From NCBI GenBank assembly GCA_021513695.1, contig CP084166.1, forward strand, positions 2,368,001-2,432,000: DNA of 64,000 nucleotides, read 5' to 3'. A program made the translations under genes and the position numbers. Shown piece by piece: positions 40,184 through 48,983 of this stretch (positions within the stretch are counted from its first letter, which is position 1; the number at the start of each line of letters is the position of its first letter). The notes beneath the pieces were generated by a model. It worked only from the letters and a program-made list of their open reading frames with translations. It searched no databases and was not told the origin of the DNA. This stretch comes from Candidatus Heimdallarchaeum aukensis. GTDB lineage: Archaea > Asgardarchaeota > Heimdallarchaeia > Heimdallarchaeales > Heimdallarchaeaceae.

Positions 40184-40945
40184 GGTAGTGTCTAGTTTTC
40201 TTCCGACAAAATATTTGTGGGGACTCTAATAGTAAGATATGAAAACACAAAAACTATCTACTCTTTTTAAGAGATGCAGAGTCCCCAAAAAAATAATAAT
40301 AAAAGCTATTTATGAATATATTGGTTCAAAGAATGGTTTGAGGACAGTAGCATGGAAGAATGGTTTAACGCATCAAACATTATGGTATTGGGTAAAGAAG
40401 TTCAGGCTCTTTAGGGAAAGTTTACATAGAGTTGTAGCAGAGAGAGGGGGAATACCAGAGATTATAGTAGTAGATGAAACAGAGATTAGGACCTCTCAAG
40501 GCTCAATATATCTGTGGTTCGCGTTAGATCCTTACAACAAGACTTTACTGGGTTTTAGTATTACTAAAGGACGGAGTAATCTTGAATGTTTACTAACTTT
40601 CCGTTATTGGTTCAAATGTTGGGGTTTTAAGCCCCGTATTGTCGTTACAGATGCAGGAGTATGGTATCCTGTCTTACTTCGTCTCGGTATCAAAATCTCT
40701 GTTATCAAAGGTGGTTTACGCTCCTATATTGAACGTTTTAATGCTACTCTTAAGAGTTATCGTTGGTTTCATTCTATTCTCCACTGCACTTGTCCTATCC
40801 GTGCCGTCTATGGCTCTACTCATCTTTCTGGTTTCCTTACTCTCTTTATGCTCCATTATAATTTCGTTCGTCCTCATCAGAGCTTGGGACATCCTCCCCT
40901 TAGTTCCTTTTTACCTAGGAGGTGGTATAAAAACTAGACACTACC
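40184..40945 (+). mobile_element. Intact ~762 bp single-ORF insertion sequence (IS6/IS240-like DDE transposase) with 16 bp terminal inverted repeats and a 9 bp target-site duplication
   Basis: IR-L GGTAGTGTCTAGTTTT (~40184-40199). IR-R AAAACTAGACACTACC (~40930-40945). Flanking direct repeat CTTGGAGGA at ~40175-40183 and ~40946-40954. Internal GC higher than flanks. Confidence 0.8.
40239..40937 (+). CDS. DDE transposase (IS6/IS240-like, rve-type catalytic core)
   Basis: VVDETEI (D), VVTDAGVWY (D), SYIERFNATLK (E). C-terminal YNFVRPHQSLG integrase-core signature. Spacing resembles IS26 Tnp. Confidence 0.75.
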   Translation: MKTQKLSTLFKRCRVPKKIIIKAIYEYIGSKNGLRTVAWKNGLTHQTLWYWVKKFRLFRESLHRVVAERGGIPEIIVVDETEIRTSQGSIYLWFALDPYNKTLLGFSITKGRSNLECLLTFRYWFKCWGFKPRIVVTDAGVWYPVLLRLGIKISVIKGGLRSYIERFNATLKSYRWFHSILHCTCPIRAVYGSTHLSGFLTLFMLHYNFVRPHQSLGHPPLSSFLPRRWYKN

Positions 40946-40954
40946 CTTGGAGGA
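40946..40954. repeat. Right copy of the 9 bp target-site duplication CTTGGAGGA
   Basis: Identical 9-mer directly abutting both IS ends. Confidence 0.7.
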
Positions 40955-40970
40955 AGAAATATTGTACTGT

Positions 40971-41396
40971 CTAAAAAACAATTGGTGTAATGTAGAGTTT
41001 TCCTCCGATAACAGCTTTGAAGGAAAGAATGTTCTCGGAAAATTCTTTTATTTGCCTTGCTTTTCCTTTAAGAAAAATCGTTTCCAAACACAATTCGTGC
41101 GTAATATGGGCATGCATGGTTGATACAATTATTTCATCATTATCATGTTGTATTTGAGTTAACTTCTCGGAGCTATTAAAAGAATGGTGGTCGTATAAAT
41201 AAGTTAAACTTCCAACAACTTGAACATTAGGGTCAACGTTAAGTTCAGATTTGGCTAAATGTTCCCTTACTATAAATCTAATAGCTTCAGACCTGTTAGG
41301 GAATTTTTTTTCTTTTATCCATTCATCAAGCTTTGAAAGTAACTCTGGTTCGAAAGACACTCCTGTCCTAGTGACATAGGTCTTTTTTTCTTTCAT
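40971..41396 (-). CDS. nikR: Nickel-responsive transcriptional regulator NikR
   Basis: N-terminal ribbon-helix-helix (TRTGVSFEPELLSKLDEWI…NRSEAIRFIV). C-terminal Ni-binding domain with HDNDEI…VSTMHAHITHELCLETIFLKG, matching NikR His/Cys ligands. Confidence 0.85.
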   Translation of the reverse strand: MKEKKTYVTRTGVSFEPELLSKLDEWIKEKKFPNRSEAIRFIVREHLAKSELNVDPNVQVVGSLTYLYDHHSFNSSEKLTQIQHDNDEIIVSTMHAHITHELCLETIFLKGKARQIKEFSENILSFKAVIGGKLYITPIVF

Positions 41397-41687
41397 AATT
41401 TTCTAACAGCTTTTGAGATTAAAGAATATTTCCTTAAATGAACTTTATATTTAGTTGATTATAAGAGAATACCTTTAATAGAGAATAAAAGTCAATTTGT
41501 TTGCAATTTTATAAAGATGAGAGTGATACTTGTAATTAATTTTGCTTAATTTTATGAAAAATGAAAAGTTTAATTTTTTAACTGTTGTGTGTTTTAAACT
41601 TAATTTTTTTAATAGATAGTATTATTACTTACCATTACTAATTTGTTTTAGTTAAAATGTTTAATGAAAACTTAATCATAAAATCAA

Positions 41688-42089
41688 TTGGAGGATTATC
41701 AAATGGAGCCTGGTGAACACATGATGGATTGGTGGGGTATTCCTTTTATGGGTTATATGATGATTGGAGCAGCACTCGTGCTTGTATTAATTGCATTTCT
41801 GATATATTTAGATGCAGAAAAACGTGGAATGAATGGTTTATTATGGTTTTTCTTGGTTATTGTACCAATGATAAGCGTGGTATCTATTATAGTCTACCTC
41901 ATAATAAGAGTTGATTATCCTGTACAGCAACCAGTTAAAGAAAGCTTATTACACAAACCACAAGTTTATCAAGAAAGCCCAACATCAAAGATTACTGCTT
42001 TAGCAAAGCTTGATGAACGCTATGCTAATGGCGAAATAACTCGTGAAGAATACTATCAGATGAAAAGAGATATTGAGTTATCCCCATAA
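41688..42089 (+). CDS. SHOCT-domain membrane protein
   Basis: Two TM helices, then C-terminal LAKLDERYANGEITREEYYQMKRDI (SHOCT short C-terminal domain). Confidence 0.6.
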   Translation: MEDYQMEPGEHMMDWWGIPFMGYMMIGAALVLVLIAFLIYLDAEKRGMNGLLWFFLVIVPMISVVSIIVYLIIRVDYPVQQPVKESLLHKPQVYQESPTSKITALAKLDERYANGEITREEYYQMKRDIELSP

Positions 42090-42214
42090 AAATAACCAAT
42101 TTTTTTATTTTTGTCTGTAGAGACTATTAACAAGACCAATAAAAATAGACTTTATATATAAAGCAAAAAGTTTCTGCTTTTTCTTTTTTTATTCTTTTTC
42201 ATTTTTTTGAAATT

Positions 42215-42931
42215 TTAATTTCTTTTTGTTTCTTTTTCAATTACTCCATCTCTCATGTGAATGGTCCTTTTTGCCACTTTTGCAGCAGATAAGTTGTGAG
42301 TAACCATCAAAATGGTTGTATTCTTTTTCTCATTTAATTCTTGTAAAAGTTCTAAAACTCTTTGTCCAGTTTGTGAATCAAGGTTTCCTGTAGCTTCATC
42401 ACATAATAATATGACAGGGTCGTTTACTATACTTCGCATTATTGCTACTCTTTGTCTTTCTCCAGAACTTAATTCTTCAGGAAACTTGTGTTTTAGATGA
42501 TTTAAATCAAAATCATCAAATAGTTTGTTTACTTTTTTTCTTCTCTCGGAGTAATCTTGATAGTCAAAAATGAGTGGAAGTTCCACGTTTTCGTAAGCTG
42601 TTAAACCATCAATTAGGTTGAAAAATTGAAAAACAAATCCTATCTTTCTTCTTCTAAATTTTGCTAGTTCGTTTGGAGAGAATTTAGTTACATTCTCTCC
42701 GTCAATTATTATGGATCCTTCAGTTGGGTGTTCTATTGTTCCAATTAGATTTAGTAATGTGGTTTTTCCACTCCCTGAAGGTCCAACACATGAAACAAAT
42801 TCTCCTTTGTCAATTGAAAAACTTATATCTCTGACTGCTATAACCTCATTTTCTCCAACAGTAAATGACTTTTTTACGTGTTCAACTTTCACAATAGGAT
42901 TCATTCTCGAGAAGACTTCTTTAATATGCAC
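42215..42931 (-). CDS. ABC transporter ATP-binding protein (MacB/LolD-like), orphan (no adjacent permease gene)
   Basis: Walker A GPSGSGKTT, signature LSSGERQRVAIMRSI, Walker B LLCDEATGNLD. Confidence 0.85.
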   Translation of the reverse strand: MHIKEVFSRMNPIVKVEHVKKSFTVGENEVIAVRDISFSIDKGEFVSCVGPSGSGKTTLLNLIGTIEHPTEGSIIIDGENVTKFSPNELAKFRRRKIGFVFQFFNLIDGLTAYENVELPLIFDYQDYSERRKKVNKLFDDFDLNHLKHKFPEELSSGERQRVAIMRSIVNDPVILLCDEATGNLDSQTGQRVLELLQELNEKKNTTILMVTHNLSAAKVAKRTIHMRDGVIEKETKRN

Positions 42932-43087
42932 TAATAAAGTTGTTTAAAAAACATTAAAACTTATCTTTGAGAAATACTGTGCTTCATTTATTTTTCCTTA
43001 AGATTCCTTTTATTTTATGAGCAAAAGTTAAAAAGCATAGACTTTTTTCCACTCAGTAAAACAAAATTTATGGAGTGAATAAATAAA

Positions 43088-43690
43088 ATGGCAGAATTTC
43101 ATTTAACAACACCGATTCATCCAGAAAAACTGGAAGAAATAAAGGTTGGAGATATTGTGTATATCACGGGAACTGTAATTACTGCTCGTGATGAAGCACA
43201 TTTAAAAGCCTTAGAATTGCATAAAGAAGGAAAAAAACCTCCTGTAGACTTCAAGGGCAATGGACTTTTCCATTGTGGACCAGTTATGAAAAAAAACGAA
43301 GATGGTTCGTGGACAGTTGTCGCAGCGGGGCCAACTACTTCTGCAAGAATGGAAATTTTCCAAGATAAGTTCATTAAAGCTTTTCATCCTGGAATCATTA
43401 TTGGTAAAGGGGGAATGATGGAAAGAACAGCAAAAGCATGTCAAGAAGAAAAATGCATTTATGGTTATTTTACTGGGGGAGCAGCTCTTCTAGCTGCTGA
43501 TAGAATTAAAGAGGTAAAAGATGTTTTCTGGCTGGAAGAATTAGGTATGCCTGAGTGTTTGTGGGTCTATCAAGTAGAAAACTTCGGTCCTTTAACTGTT
43601 ACCATTGATGTTCATGGTGGAAACCTTACAGAGGACAGTAAGAAAAATATTATGAAAAACAAAGAAAAAATTTTGGAGGAGATGAAATAA
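43088..43690 (+). CDS. Class I fumarate hydratase / Fe-S hydro-lyase, beta (C-terminal domain) subunit
   Basis: 200 aa Fumerase_C-like sequence (…GTVITARDEAHLKALEL…GPTTSARME…GKGGM). Start overlaps the alpha subunit gene. Confidence 0.7.
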   Translation: MAEFHLTTPIHPEKLEEIKVGDIVYITGTVITARDEAHLKALELHKEGKKPPVDFKGNGLFHCGPVMKKNEDGSWTVVAAGPTTSARMEIFQDKFIKAFHPGIIIGKGGMMERTAKACQEEKCIYGYFTGGAALLAADRIKEVKDVFWLEELGMPECLWVYQVENFGPLTVTIDVHGGNLTEDSKKNIMKNKEKILEEMK

Positions 43691-44568
43691 TGAAAGATAT
43701 TGCCCAAGTTGTTGAAGATACTGCTTTTGAATTACTCAAAGTTGCAGCAACCAAATTACCAAGTGAGGTTAAAGAAGCTCTAGTAAAAGGAAAAAATGAG
43801 ACAAAAGGGAGCCTAGGAAAGGCACAATTGAGTGCAATTGTAGAAAATGTTGAGCTTGCTGAAACAAATATCAAGCCAATGTGCCAAGATACAGGTCTGG
43901 TAGCTTTTTTTGTTAAAATAGGTGATAAATTTCCATTAAGATCAGAAGTTAAAGAAATTCTAAAGAAAGCAACTGAAAGAGCAACAAAGGAAGTTCCCCT
44001 TAGACCTAATGCTGTGGATATGTTTGAAGGAAATACAAAAACAAACATAGGATTAAGAGGGTATGTTCCTTGGTTTTATTTTGATCTAGCTGAAGGCGAT
44101 AAACTTGAGATTATAGCTATGCCTAAAGGTGGAGGGAGTAGTAATGTTGGTAAAATGAAAATGATCCCTCCAGGAAAAGGAATAAAAGGTGTGAAAGAAT
44201 TTGTTGTAGAAGCTTTAGCTGCAGCAGGACCTCTCGCTTGTCCTCCTTATACTGTAGGTGTAGGAGTTGGTGGAGGAGAAGATATGTGTATGAATCTAGC
44301 TAAAAAAGCTCTTCTTCGCCCCCTTTATCACTATCACGAAGATGAACGAATAGCAGCTATTGAAAAAGAATTACTTCAAACTCTTAACCAATTAGAGATA
44401 GGAGCTATGGGACTAGGTGAAGGACCATCTGTTCTAGATGTTCATATGGAATTTGCTGCACGTCATCCAGCCAGTTTGCCTGTTGGTGTCGTTATTTCTT
44501 GTTGGGCTTTAAGACATGCTGGAGCAACAATTGACAAAGATGGAAATGTTGAATATCATCCTCATTAG
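43690..44568 (+). CDS. Class I fumarate hydratase / Fe-S hydro-lyase, alpha (N-terminal domain) subunit
   Basis: CQDTG motif (PMCQDTGLVAFFV) and Cys ligands typical of the FumA/TtdA N-domain. 292 aa. Confidence 0.7.
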   Translation: MKDIAQVVEDTAFELLKVAATKLPSEVKEALVKGKNETKGSLGKAQLSAIVENVELAETNIKPMCQDTGLVAFFVKIGDKFPLRSEVKEILKKATERATKEVPLRPNAVDMFEGNTKTNIGLRGYVPWFYFDLAEGDKLEIIAMPKGGGSSNVGKMKMIPPGKGIKGVKEFVVEALAAAGPLACPPYTVGVGVGGGEDMCMNLAKKALLRPLYHYHEDERIAAIEKELLQTLNQLEIGAMGLGEGPSVLDVHMEFAARHPASLPVGVVISCWALRHAGATIDKDGNVEYHPH

Positions 44569-44597
44569 GATATCTCTTTTTCTTTCTTTTCTATTTT

Positions 44598-46271
44598 TTA
44601 ATTTGCACAACAGGACAATTTTTCAACATCTTTATCAAGAGCTAATATTGCCAATTTTATTGCTTCAACTTGAACTAGATAGGGGAAAAACTCTGTTGTA
44701 ATATCAGTTAAAGTCACTCCATATTTTTTCCCGAAACTAATAATTAAAGAGGCTGTTTGAATAATTTCTCCTGCATTAACAGTAATGATATGTGCACCGA
44801 TTAAGTAATCTGTTTCCTTATCTGCTATCAATTTTACAAATCCTCGAGTATCAAAGGAAGTAAGAGCATGTGGAACATATTTCATGGGTAAAAGGCTAGT
44901 TTTTACTTTGTATCCTTGATCGATAGCTTGTTTTTCAGTTAATCCAACAGTAGCGATTTGTGGGTCGGTAAAAATAACTGAGGGAAGTGTAGATAAATCA
45001 ATTTTTTTAATATTCCCTTTCACTGCATTTTCTGCTGCAATACCTCCCGAAGCAGCAGCAACATAAACAAATTTAGGTAAAGTAGTTACATCTCCTGCAG
45101 CATAGATATTATCAATATTAGTTTGCAAGTGATTATTAACAACAATAAAACCATCCTTGTCAGTCTTTAAACCAATATTTTTCAATCCAAGTTCTTTAGT
45201 GTTGGGTGTCCTTCCAAGAGCTACCATTATCTCCTCTGCTTTAAATTCTCTTTTTTTTCCGTTAATTTTTGCAATTATACTCTTTTCTTCTTTTTGTTGA
45301 TAAGCATCAACAATCTTAACACTAGTAAAGATTCTCAAACCTTCTTTCTTTAAAATCTCTGTTATCTCATGAGATAATTCTGGTTCGTGAACTGGGATTA
45401 TAGTAGAACTTCTTTGAAGTATTGTTACTTTAACTCCCAACCGATGAAACATCTGTCCTAATTCTAAAGCAATTGCTCGTCCACCTAAGATAATTAAGGA
45501 TTTGGGAAGAGATTTCAGTTGCATTGCAGTTGTGCTTGTAAGAACATCAACTCCTTTTTTTTCTAAAATAGAGAGATTTTTCGGTTTTGCTCCAGTTGCG
45601 ATAATTATTTTTTCTACTTTAATTATATGTTTATTATCAATTTTTATACTATTTTTTCCTATAATCTCTGCTTTTCCTTGTATAAGCTTTATTCTTTCTT
45701 TGTAGCTGTTTAGAACATTAATATATTTGTCTTTCCTTAATTCGTTAATTAGTGCATTTTTTTGTGAAATAACTTTCTGCCAATTAAATTCTTTAATATC
45801 TGCTGTTAATCCTTGAATAGGGTTATATTGTAATTTATGCTTAAATCCTGCAACCTTAATGAGAGTCTTTGAAGGCACACAACCTATATTTACACATGTT
45901 CCTCCTATCGTTCCTTTTTCGATAATAACAACATTTTTACCCAATTCTGCAGTTTTAATAGCTGCAGCTACTCCTGCGCCTCCAGTACCAATTACAGCGA
46001 TATCAAAATCAGCATTTCTTACCTTATTGATTTCATCTGAAAAAATCTTTACTCTCTTAATTTTTTTGAGCTTATATCCGATGTTTTCAATTGATGTTTT
46101 TATTGTTTCATCATTAATGATTTTTGAAGTAATAACTTCGGCTTTTCCTTCTTCCCATTTGGAAACATGAACATTATTTATACCATCCAATTTAGATAAA
46201 GCCTTTTTTACATGTAATTCACATGATGCACAGGACATTCCTTGTATTTCTAATTCGATCTTTTCTTCCAT
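44598..46271 (-). CDS. merA: Mercuric reductase MerA with an N-terminal HMA (NmerA) domain
   Basis: N-terminal GMSCASC metal-binding motif. FAD site GTGGAGVAAA. Redox-active GGTCVNIGCVPSK. C-terminal vicinal Cys pair …LSCCAN, diagnostic of MerA. Confidence 0.8.
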   Translation of the reverse strand: MEEKIELEIQGMSCASCELHVKKALSKLDGINNVHVSKWEEGKAEVITSKIINDETIKTSIENIGYKLKKIKRVKIFSDEINKVRNADFDIAVIGTGGAGVAAAIKTAELGKNVVIIEKGTIGGTCVNIGCVPSKTLIKVAGFKHKLQYNPIQGLTADIKEFNWQKVISQKNALINELRKDKYINVLNSYKERIKLIQGKAEIIGKNSIKIDNKHIIKVEKIIIATGAKPKNLSILEKKGVDVLTSTTAMQLKSLPKSLIILGGRAIALELGQMFHRLGVKVTILQRSSTIIPVHEPELSHEITEILKKEGLRIFTSVKIVDAYQQKEEKSIIAKINGKKREFKAEEIMVALGRTPNTKELGLKNIGLKTDKDGFIVVNNHLQTNIDNIYAAGDVTTLPKFVYVAAASGGIAAENAVKGNIKKIDLSTLPSVIFTDPQIATVGLTEKQAIDQGYKVKTSLLPMKYVPHALTSFDTRGFVKLIADKETDYLIGAHIITVNAGEIIQTASLIISFGKKYGVTLTDITTEFFPYLVQVEAIKLAILALDKDVEKLSCCAN

Positions 46272-46400
46272 TTAACTCAGTAGTACAGATGATGATAGGT
46301 TAATAATATGTATGCTTTAAATTTTAAAGTTTGAAAAGGAGCTATTTTTTATTTCAGATGAATTAGAAATGTTTATATCATAATAATCCAAATTTAGCTT

Positions 46401-47327
46401 ATGAATAATGAAGAAATTAGAGAAATTACTCCTGAAGATGTTGACGAAGGAAGAGAACAAAGTGTCAGAGAAAAAAGAAAAAAAGAAAAAAATCTAAATA
46501 AAAATGAAACTGAAGAAGATAAAGAAGCACAAAGATTAATTGAAGAAAAAAAACTTAGAAAGACTGTTTACAAAAAAATCATCGTCGATTTAAGGGGAAC
46601 AAAATTTCATGCCGATGAATGGGGCATAAGGCTTGACCAACAAAGGCAATCTAAATCAAGACAATGGACAAAAGATATGGATACAATTGGTGACGTTAAG
46701 ATTAACGATAAACCTTGGGGAAAATTAGGTATAAGAGAAGAAAAATGGAAAACAGTTGATCCACTAAAAAAACGTTTTGTGATGAAACTCTTTACTAATA
46801 GTTTTTACTGGAGAGGAACAATAGAGTTTCTTCAGGGAGAAAGCGTATTATTATCTTATGTCACAAATGAAAACTGTCCTGTATATATGTGTAATATTAG
46901 TACTAGTTTAAATTTAGTGCGTATTAGACGTCTCCCTCATAAACCTAGATTTAGGGGAGAAGTATTTGGTTTTGATATTGTAGATGATGATGGAATACAC
47001 AATGTGTTTATGATTGATGACAAAAGGTTTACACTAGGTTCTGATTGGTATGTCAGAGATGTTCATAATAATGTTGTGGCCATTATAAATGGAAAATTCT
47101 TTAATGTAGGTGGGAGATACGATATTGAAATATATGACAAAAAACTTGCCTCAAATAAAGAATTTTTCTATGTATTGATACTTTTTGCTTCTACATTGCG
47201 TTGGCATAAAGACATAAAAAAGCTCCTAAAGAAAGTGTTGTACGAAATAAGGAAAAAGAATCAAACCTTAAAGTTGCAAGAGAGCGAGGCAGACTTGTAT
47301 CTGAACCCAAGAAAAATGAACTATTAA
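46401..47327 (+). CDS. Hypothetical protein with a charged N-terminal region; possible tubby/LURP1/scramblase-like beta-barrel with a C-terminal hydrophobic helix
   Basis: Repeated D-x-x-G-x-hydrophobic strand patterns (FDIVDDDGIHNVFMIDD, YDIEIYDKK), then the hydrophobic helix EFFYVLILFASTLRW. Tentative. Confidence 0.3.
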   Translation: MNNEEIREITPEDVDEGREQSVREKRKKEKNLNKNETEEDKEAQRLIEEKKLRKTVYKKIIVDLRGTKFHADEWGIRLDQQRQSKSRQWTKDMDTIGDVKINDKPWGKLGIREEKWKTVDPLKKRFVMKLFTNSFYWRGTIEFLQGESVLLSYVTNENCPVYMCNISTSLNLVRIRRLPHKPRFRGEVFGFDIVDDDGIHNVFMIDDKRFTLGSDWYVRDVHNNVVAIINGKFFNVGGRYDIEIYDKKLASNKEFFYVLILFASTLRWHKDIKKLLKKVLYEIRKKNQTLKLQESEADLYLNPRKMNY

Positions 47328-47344
47328 TTTTTTATATCTTCTTT

Positions 47345-48100
47345 CTATTCTATTTTTCTAAGCTCTTTTTCCAATTCTGGAAGAGTATGTTGAACATTTC
47401 CTTGGACAAAATATTGTATCGTGTTCATATTAGATATAGCAGTATAGTTAAATAAAACACGAGTAGCTTTCTTGTTCTCAAAAAAGATATATGAAGCAGG
47501 GTAAACCTCCAGACTCGTACCTACTGCAATTAGTAGGTCACACTTTCTTGAAATATCAATGGCAGCAGTGTATACATCCTGAGGAAGATATTCACCAAAA
47601 AGAATAACTTCTGGTTTTAGTGGATTGTTGCATTTTGGGCATTGTGGAAAAGGTTTTTCACTAAGATGTTTCTCTTCATTAACAAGCTCCTCGTATTGAC
47701 ACCAAAGACAGTGTAACTTTCTTGTTGTTCCATGTATCTCAAAAACATTTTTTGTATCTGCTTTCTGATGTAAGGTGTCAATATTTTGCGTAGCGACAAA
47801 AACTTTTTCTTCACCAAGAATTTTTTGTATATTAGATATTGCATAATGTGCTTCGTTGGGTTCTGCAGATTTGATAATAGAAAAAACTTCTAAAAAGAAT
47901 TTCCAGACTTTTTCAGGATTCTTTTTAAAAGCAGTTATCGTAGCATATTCGTTAGGGTCAAATTTTTGCCATATCCCGTTAGTAGAACGAAAATCAGGTA
48001 TCCCACTAGGGGTACTAATACCAGCACCAGTAAAGAAAAGTATTTTTTTGGCCTTTTTTGCTAATCTAGCTATATCACTAATGTCTTCTACATCATTCAT
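47345..48100 (-). CDS. cobB: NAD-dependent protein deacylase, Sir2 family (sirtuin)
   Basis: GAGISTPSGIPDFR, QNIDTLH, Zn-binding CLWC…CPKC, GTSLEVYPA. Confidence 0.85.
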   Translation of the reverse strand: MNDVEDISDIARLAKKAKKILFFTGAGISTPSGIPDFRSTNGIWQKFDPNEYATITAFKKNPEKVWKFFLEVFSIIKSAEPNEAHYAISNIQKILGEEKVFVATQNIDTLHQKADTKNVFEIHGTTRKLHCLWCQYEELVNEEKHLSEKPFPQCPKCNNPLKPEVILFGEYLPQDVYTAAIDISRKCDLLIAVGTSLEVYPASYIFFENKKATRVLFNYTAISNMNTIQYFVQGNVQHTLPELEKELRKIE

Positions 48101-48199
48101 TAAGTGATATTATCTCTATAGGTAAAAAATATTCTTACACTTTTTGAAGAGAGTTTTAACAACAAACCAATTTAGAGCTTACTCTCTCTTTATCTTTTA

Positions 48200-48460
48200 C
48201 TATTTTTTAATAGACGTTGTAAGTAGCTGCTTGTAGAGTTTTCTATCTAATAACTCTCCTCCAACACTTAAGTAATTTGAAATAAGCTTATCACTTATTT
48301 TCTTGCTTATACCTGTTTCTTCTACAAATTTTTTAGATAAAAATTTAGTTACAATCCTTTTTCTTCTATCCATCGTTCTGAAGTACCAGAATAATTTAAT
48401 TTTGACAATTATAAAGAAAAAAAGAGCCAAAGGTGCATCTATTATTTTTTTTATTCTCAT
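48200..48460 (-). CDS. Small hypothetical protein with an N-terminal TM helix
   Basis: 86 aa. Start abuts the stop of the upstream 109 aa ORF (translational coupling). Confidence 0.3.
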   Translation of the reverse strand: MRIKKIIDAPLALFFFIIVKIKLFWYFRTMDRRKRIVTKFLSKKFVEETGISKKISDKLISNYLSVGGELLDRKLYKQLLTTSIKK

Positions 48461-48790
48461 CTATTCACCTTTGCCATTCTTTAAGAATGAGATCATCTTA
48501 TTCAAATTTCCAGAGAATTCTAAAACTATTTTCTCCACTGTTTCTTTTGATATTCCTTCATCTAATAGTTTTTGATAAACTCTAATTACTGCATCAGCAT
48601 AATTTTCAGCTACATCTACATTATATATGGAACCTAATAACTGTTCAACTATTGTTCCTATTTCACCTGAAAGAACTTTTAAGAACTCCTTAGTTTGGGT
48701 TTTGTCGTCAATGCTTATTTTTTCTTTATCTAGTGCATAATCATTAATGTGGCTTTTTCCATTAGTTGAAGAGTTTCGTTCTTTCGTCAT
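48461..48790 (-). CDS. Small hypothetical protein
   Basis: 109 aa, soluble, acidic. Confidence 0.3.
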   Translation of the reverse strand: MTKERNSSTNGKSHINDYALDKEKISIDDKTQTKEFLKVLSGEIGTIVEQLLGSIYNVDVAENYADAVIRVYQKLLDEGISKETVEKIVLEFSGNLNKMISFLKNGKGE

Positions 48791-48983
48791 TAAATCACAC
48801 TCTACGATTACATCGAGTTTTCATTTAAAACCTTTTCCTAAGTCCTTTATTTCTACAAAAACATTGTTTATAAAATAAATAAAGATAAATTTACATACCT
48901 TCTCAATAAAAATTACTCCGTTTCTAAATTAAGATTCTGACAAAATTAAAATAAAAAGAATTAGAAAGATGTAATGCGCCAAT

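Noticed and set aside
47345-48100. Sir2 gene as part of a Thoeris/DSR-like antiphage system
   Set aside because: It has the complete housekeeping sirtuin motif set including the Zn-binding CxxC…CxxC module, and no fused SLOG/TIR/HerA/Macro partner nearby. It is most consistent with a CobB-type deacetylase.
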